Source: Eledone cirrhosa
Lineage: Eukaryota
Direction of reading: 5' to 3'
DNA length: 64,000 bases
NCBI GenBank assembly: GCA_964016885.1
Contig: OZ024761.1
Location: 6,138,001 to 6,202,000, forward strand
The notes below the pieces were generated by a model. The model made no database searches and had not been told where the DNA came from. It was given only the letters and a program-made list of their open reading frames with translations. Shown piece by piece: positions 59,330 through 64,000 of the stretch. The position numbers and the translations under genes are program-made. Position 1 is the stretch's first letter. Every line of letters starts with the position of its first letter.

Positions 59330-59932
59330 TATAGAGAAAATTGAGCTTGGTAATGGCACATGTAATATATAAGAGACAGAATACTTTTTTGTGAAAAAAC
59401 ATATAATTTTATAAGGCAAGGAAATAATAAAGGGTATAGAAAATGACCGGTTTCGATGGGTCTGCAAAAGCCATCTTTTCAAATGTTGATTAATATTAAG
59501 AAAAATTAATAATACGAAGAGTTAAAATTTGAGATTTGAAAATTCAAGTATAAAATTCATTGTGGGATTTCATTGTAGTTTTCATCTAGGTAGCAACATG
59601 TTGACTGCTGTGTCCCTTTCTGAAAGGGACACAGTGTCCCTACCAGAAAGGGACACTGTCAACATGTTGCTACCTAGATGAAAACTACAATGAAATCCCA
59701 CAATGAATTTTATACTTGAATTTTCAAATCTCAAATTTTAACTCTTCGTATTATTAATTTTTCTTAATATTAATCAACATTTGAAAAGATGGCTTTTGCA
59801 GACCCATCGAAACCGGTCATTTTTTATACCCTTTATTATTTCCTTACCTTATAAAATTATATGTTTTTTCACAAAAAAGTATTCTGTCTCTTATATATTC
59901 CATGTGCCATTACCAACCTCAATTTTCTCTAT
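59330..59932. ncRNA. Fold-back element with two U3-A8 HHRs (59440-59487 minus; 59776-59823 plus)
   Basis: aacat TTGAAAA gatgg-cttttgcagac-ccatc GAA ACCGGT C atttt; ~290-bp arms. Confidence 0.72.
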
Positions 59933-60107
59933 ATGTATATATATATATATATATATATTGTTATATATATATGTATATATATATATATATATATACATAT
60001 ACACAAACTAGACAAAGTCAGATATATATAAATATATATGTTTTTGGCAACCATTCACGATGTGGCTCAATAACGAAATCAAATGATTCTATGGACATAC
60101 TTTATTG

Positions 60108-60140
<33 letters not shown>

Positions 60141-60155
60141 ATATATACATATACA

Positions 60156-60235
<80 letters not shown>

Positions 60236-60449
60236 CATATATATATTGTTATATATATATATATATATATATATTCTTGTAACACAACAGGTAGTGTAAC
60301 ACACCATGATGGTTAACACACCAGGATGTGTAACACACCAGCTTGTGTAACCCTTACGTAACACATCATTCTACGTGCGGACCATTACATTCTAAATTCA
60401 AATCACACCAAGGTTAGCTTTACTTTATGGGGTTGAAAAATAACGTACG

Positions 60450-61162
60450 CACCAACACCAGCACCACCACCACCACCACCTCCGCTACAATTCCGCCACC
60501 ACCACAACCACTACAACACCACCACCACCAGTTCCACCACCACTACAACACCACCACGACCAGCACCACCACCTCTACCACCATCACCACCACCACCATC
60601 ACCGCCACCACCTCTACCCCCACCACCAACACTACCATACCACCACCACTAACACTACTATCGCCACCACCACCACCATCACCACCACCAACTCTACACT
60701 AGCATCACCACCACCTCCCACCATCTACCACCACCACCACCACCACCACCACTACCACCGCCACCACCACCACCACCACAACCACTAGCACCACCACTAC
60801 CACCACCAACACCACCACCACCACCAACACCACCACCACCACCACCACCACCACCACCATCACCACCACCACGATCACCAGCACCGCCAGCACCACCACC
60901 AACACTACTACCACCACTACCACCAACATCACACCATACTACCGCCACCACCACACCATACTACCACCACCATCACCACCTCCCACCATGTACCACCACC
61001 ACCACCACACCACCAACCCCACCACCAATACCACCACCAATACCACCACCAACAACAACAACACCACCACTTCACCACCACCTCCCACCAATACCACCAC
61101 CACGACCAACAACAACAACAACAACACCAACAACAACACTTCACCACCACCACCACCACCAC
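60450..61162. repeat. (CAC/CAA)n degenerate array
   Basis: Directly visible. Confidence 0.92.
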
Positions 61163-61431
61163 TATATAATGTCCTACGTGTATCTGCATTAATATATCAT
61201 ATAAAGTTTTTGTTTAATGAAATCTTGGAAAAACACATTTTATAATTGATTTAACTAACCACACTTGTTCTTCCTTCTGACCTTCCATACATACATACAC
61301 ACACTCATACATACATACATACACACACACATACATACACTCATACATACATACATACACACACTCATACATACATACATACATACACACACACATACAT
61401 ACACTCATACATACATACATACATACATACA

Positions 61432-61462
<31 letters not shown>

Positions 61463-61465
<3 letters not shown>

Positions 61466-62380
61466 CAAAATATAAAAGAATCAAATTTTTGCCTAATACA
61501 TTTAATTGCTGACGATCGTTTCTTCCAGATAACTATCTGGAATCATCGAAGCTTACACAATGTTTAAATAAGTAATTACATTCCTAGTCTTTAGAACATT
61601 CATTAAGATACAATATTATTAACAGTGTCAGTTGCATCGTATTGAAAAGCAAGAGTAACAAAATGATATTATAGTAAATAGATAGCAAAAATATTGGGAG
61701 CTGTTGTGAAGAGGTTATTACTTAAAGTGATTATAATAAACATATTATAGAGAAAGTTATGCATAAAGGTAATACAGTTGCAAAAAGATATCAAGCAAAT
61801 ACATGATATTACAGTAAAAAGATATCATAGTATTGAAAGGTGTTATAATAAGGGTATATGAAACAAAATATACATAATATTAATAAAAGCACGCGTGAGG
61901 TACGGCAGAAAGTGAATATATCAAACTTATTATATACAGAATGTTAAAAAGGGCATGGATTATAGTAAAAATAGATACGTAACGATAGGATATATATAAA
62001 CGTTATGTAATGTGAATAATATAAGTAAACTAAGTTATTAACATTCAAAAATGTTTATATTAGAGATAATGTAGAAATATTTATGTTGGGTGTAAAATAG
62101 AGGTTTAATGTTTGGAATATGTTTATTTATAGTTGTATCGTATGTGAAATAGGTAGAGTTTAAATATATGTATGAAGTAAACATTAATTCCACGGTTTTT
62201 GTTGCCATATCAATATATGTATTAGAAAGATATTGTATAATACATTCCTCTCTGTATAATTTCTATTAAGAATTATTTCACATTGTGTAACCTCTGATGA
62301 AGCCAGACAGTTGTCTGGAAGAAACTATCGTCAGCAATTAAATGTATTAAACAAACATTTGATTGTTTTATATTTTGTAT
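61463..62380. mobile_element. Element bounded by inverted ~105-bp HHR-containing arms (61508-61552 minus; 62291-62335 plus)
   Basis: Consensus of both arms gct CTGATGA ttccaga(t/c)-agtt-(a/g)tctggaa GAA ACGATCGT C agc; ~700-bp AT-rich spacer. Confidence 0.78.
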
Positions 62381-62514
62381 TTCTGCTCTGTAATACATCT
62401 GATAATTTACATTGAGCTATTTCTCTTACTGGTAATCAGGTAGTGCAGCATACTACCCTTTCACATTTATAATTATATATAACTCATATATAAGTATAAA
62501 TACTATTATTATTA

Positions 62515-62515
<1 letters not shown>

Positions 62516-62599
<84 letters not shown>

Positions 62600-62686
62600 C
62601 ATATATATATACAAATATATATATATACAAATATATATATATACAAATATATATATATATATACAAATATATATATATATATACAA

Positions 62687-62751
<65 letters not shown>

Positions 62752-62828
62752 AATATATATATATACAAATATATATATATATATACAAATATATATATAT
62801 ATATACAAATATATATATATATATACAA

Positions 62829-62891
<63 letters not shown>

Positions 62892-62962
62892 CAAACATAT
62901 ATGTATACATACATGCGTATATACACACACATACATACACACACACACACATATACACACAC
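62516..62962. repeat. (TA)n with acaa interruptions
   Basis: Directly visible. Confidence 0.95.
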
Positions 62963-63082
62963 ATTTTTAAAGCCATGTCAGTAGAATGCTCTTGTGTTGG
63001 CATGTAAACAGAATTGCAGACACTAAAAAAGAGGCCGTTTACATAATTGCAAACGAATCGAATATCATTATTAATATTTGAA

Positions 63083-63243
63083 AGGTGGTGGATTGGCAGT
63101 ATCGGTGGAGGGTCGGACGCCATGCTTTGACGCAATGAGTTACGGCCCTTGCCATTCTGATTTCAAATCCCGCCGAGGTTAACTTTGCCTTTCATCCTTA
63201 CGGGGTCGATAAAATAAAGTACCAGTAATACACTGGGTAATTG
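63083..63243 (+). mobile_element. Main-family SINE
   Basis: ggtggtggattggcagtatcgg..ttcaaatcccgccgagg..aaagtaccagt. Confidence 0.88.
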
Positions 63244-63274
63244 TATTCAACCTTATAGAACGATCATTTTTTAT

Positions 63275-63720
<446 letters not shown>

Positions 63721-64000
63721 ATGATGGCTGCAAACTCGTGATCGAGCTTTGCCATCGCCTGATAAAATGCTAAAAGGCACGAATGTGGCTCTTTAAACCA
63801 GATCATAACCTACGAGGTTTACTGATATGACTTTGTTAATGTGTTACCAGACCAGCTTTGCTCCGGCAGACTTGACCACAGTGCTGGCAACCCAGATGAT
63901 GTTCAACAGCAGGCAGTTCAGAACAGTCTCCTTTCCTTACCTTTCTTTTCAGGGTAAGGTGTTCTCTCCAACGAGTTTCAAAGTGTTCACTACCTGACTT

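Overview
Eukaryotic, AT-rich and extremely microsatellite-rich non-coding DNA. The SINE content and simple-repeat landscape suggest an octopus/cephalopod intron or intergenic region (inference). No intact host gene is supportable, and nearly all ORFs in the track are artefacts of (TA)n, (CA)n, (CAC)n or (CACAC)n. Real content: about 21 tRNA-derived SINEs of one family plus CORE-type SINEs; decayed coding fragments of a Helitron helicase, a CRE-like RLE retrotransposon, and RTE and CR1 LINEs; a Tigger/pogo-like MITE; and several minisatellites, some born from TE sequence. The main signal is about 25-30 minimal type I hammerhead ribozyme (HHR) motifs, intact or decayed, in roughly eight or more small families. 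They mostly sit in short, (TA)n-anchored, often fold-back elements resembling Penelope-like pseudo-LTR derivatives. They show stem covariation between copies and a recurrent U3-A8 core variant. Coordinates were read by eye and are approximate at element edges.
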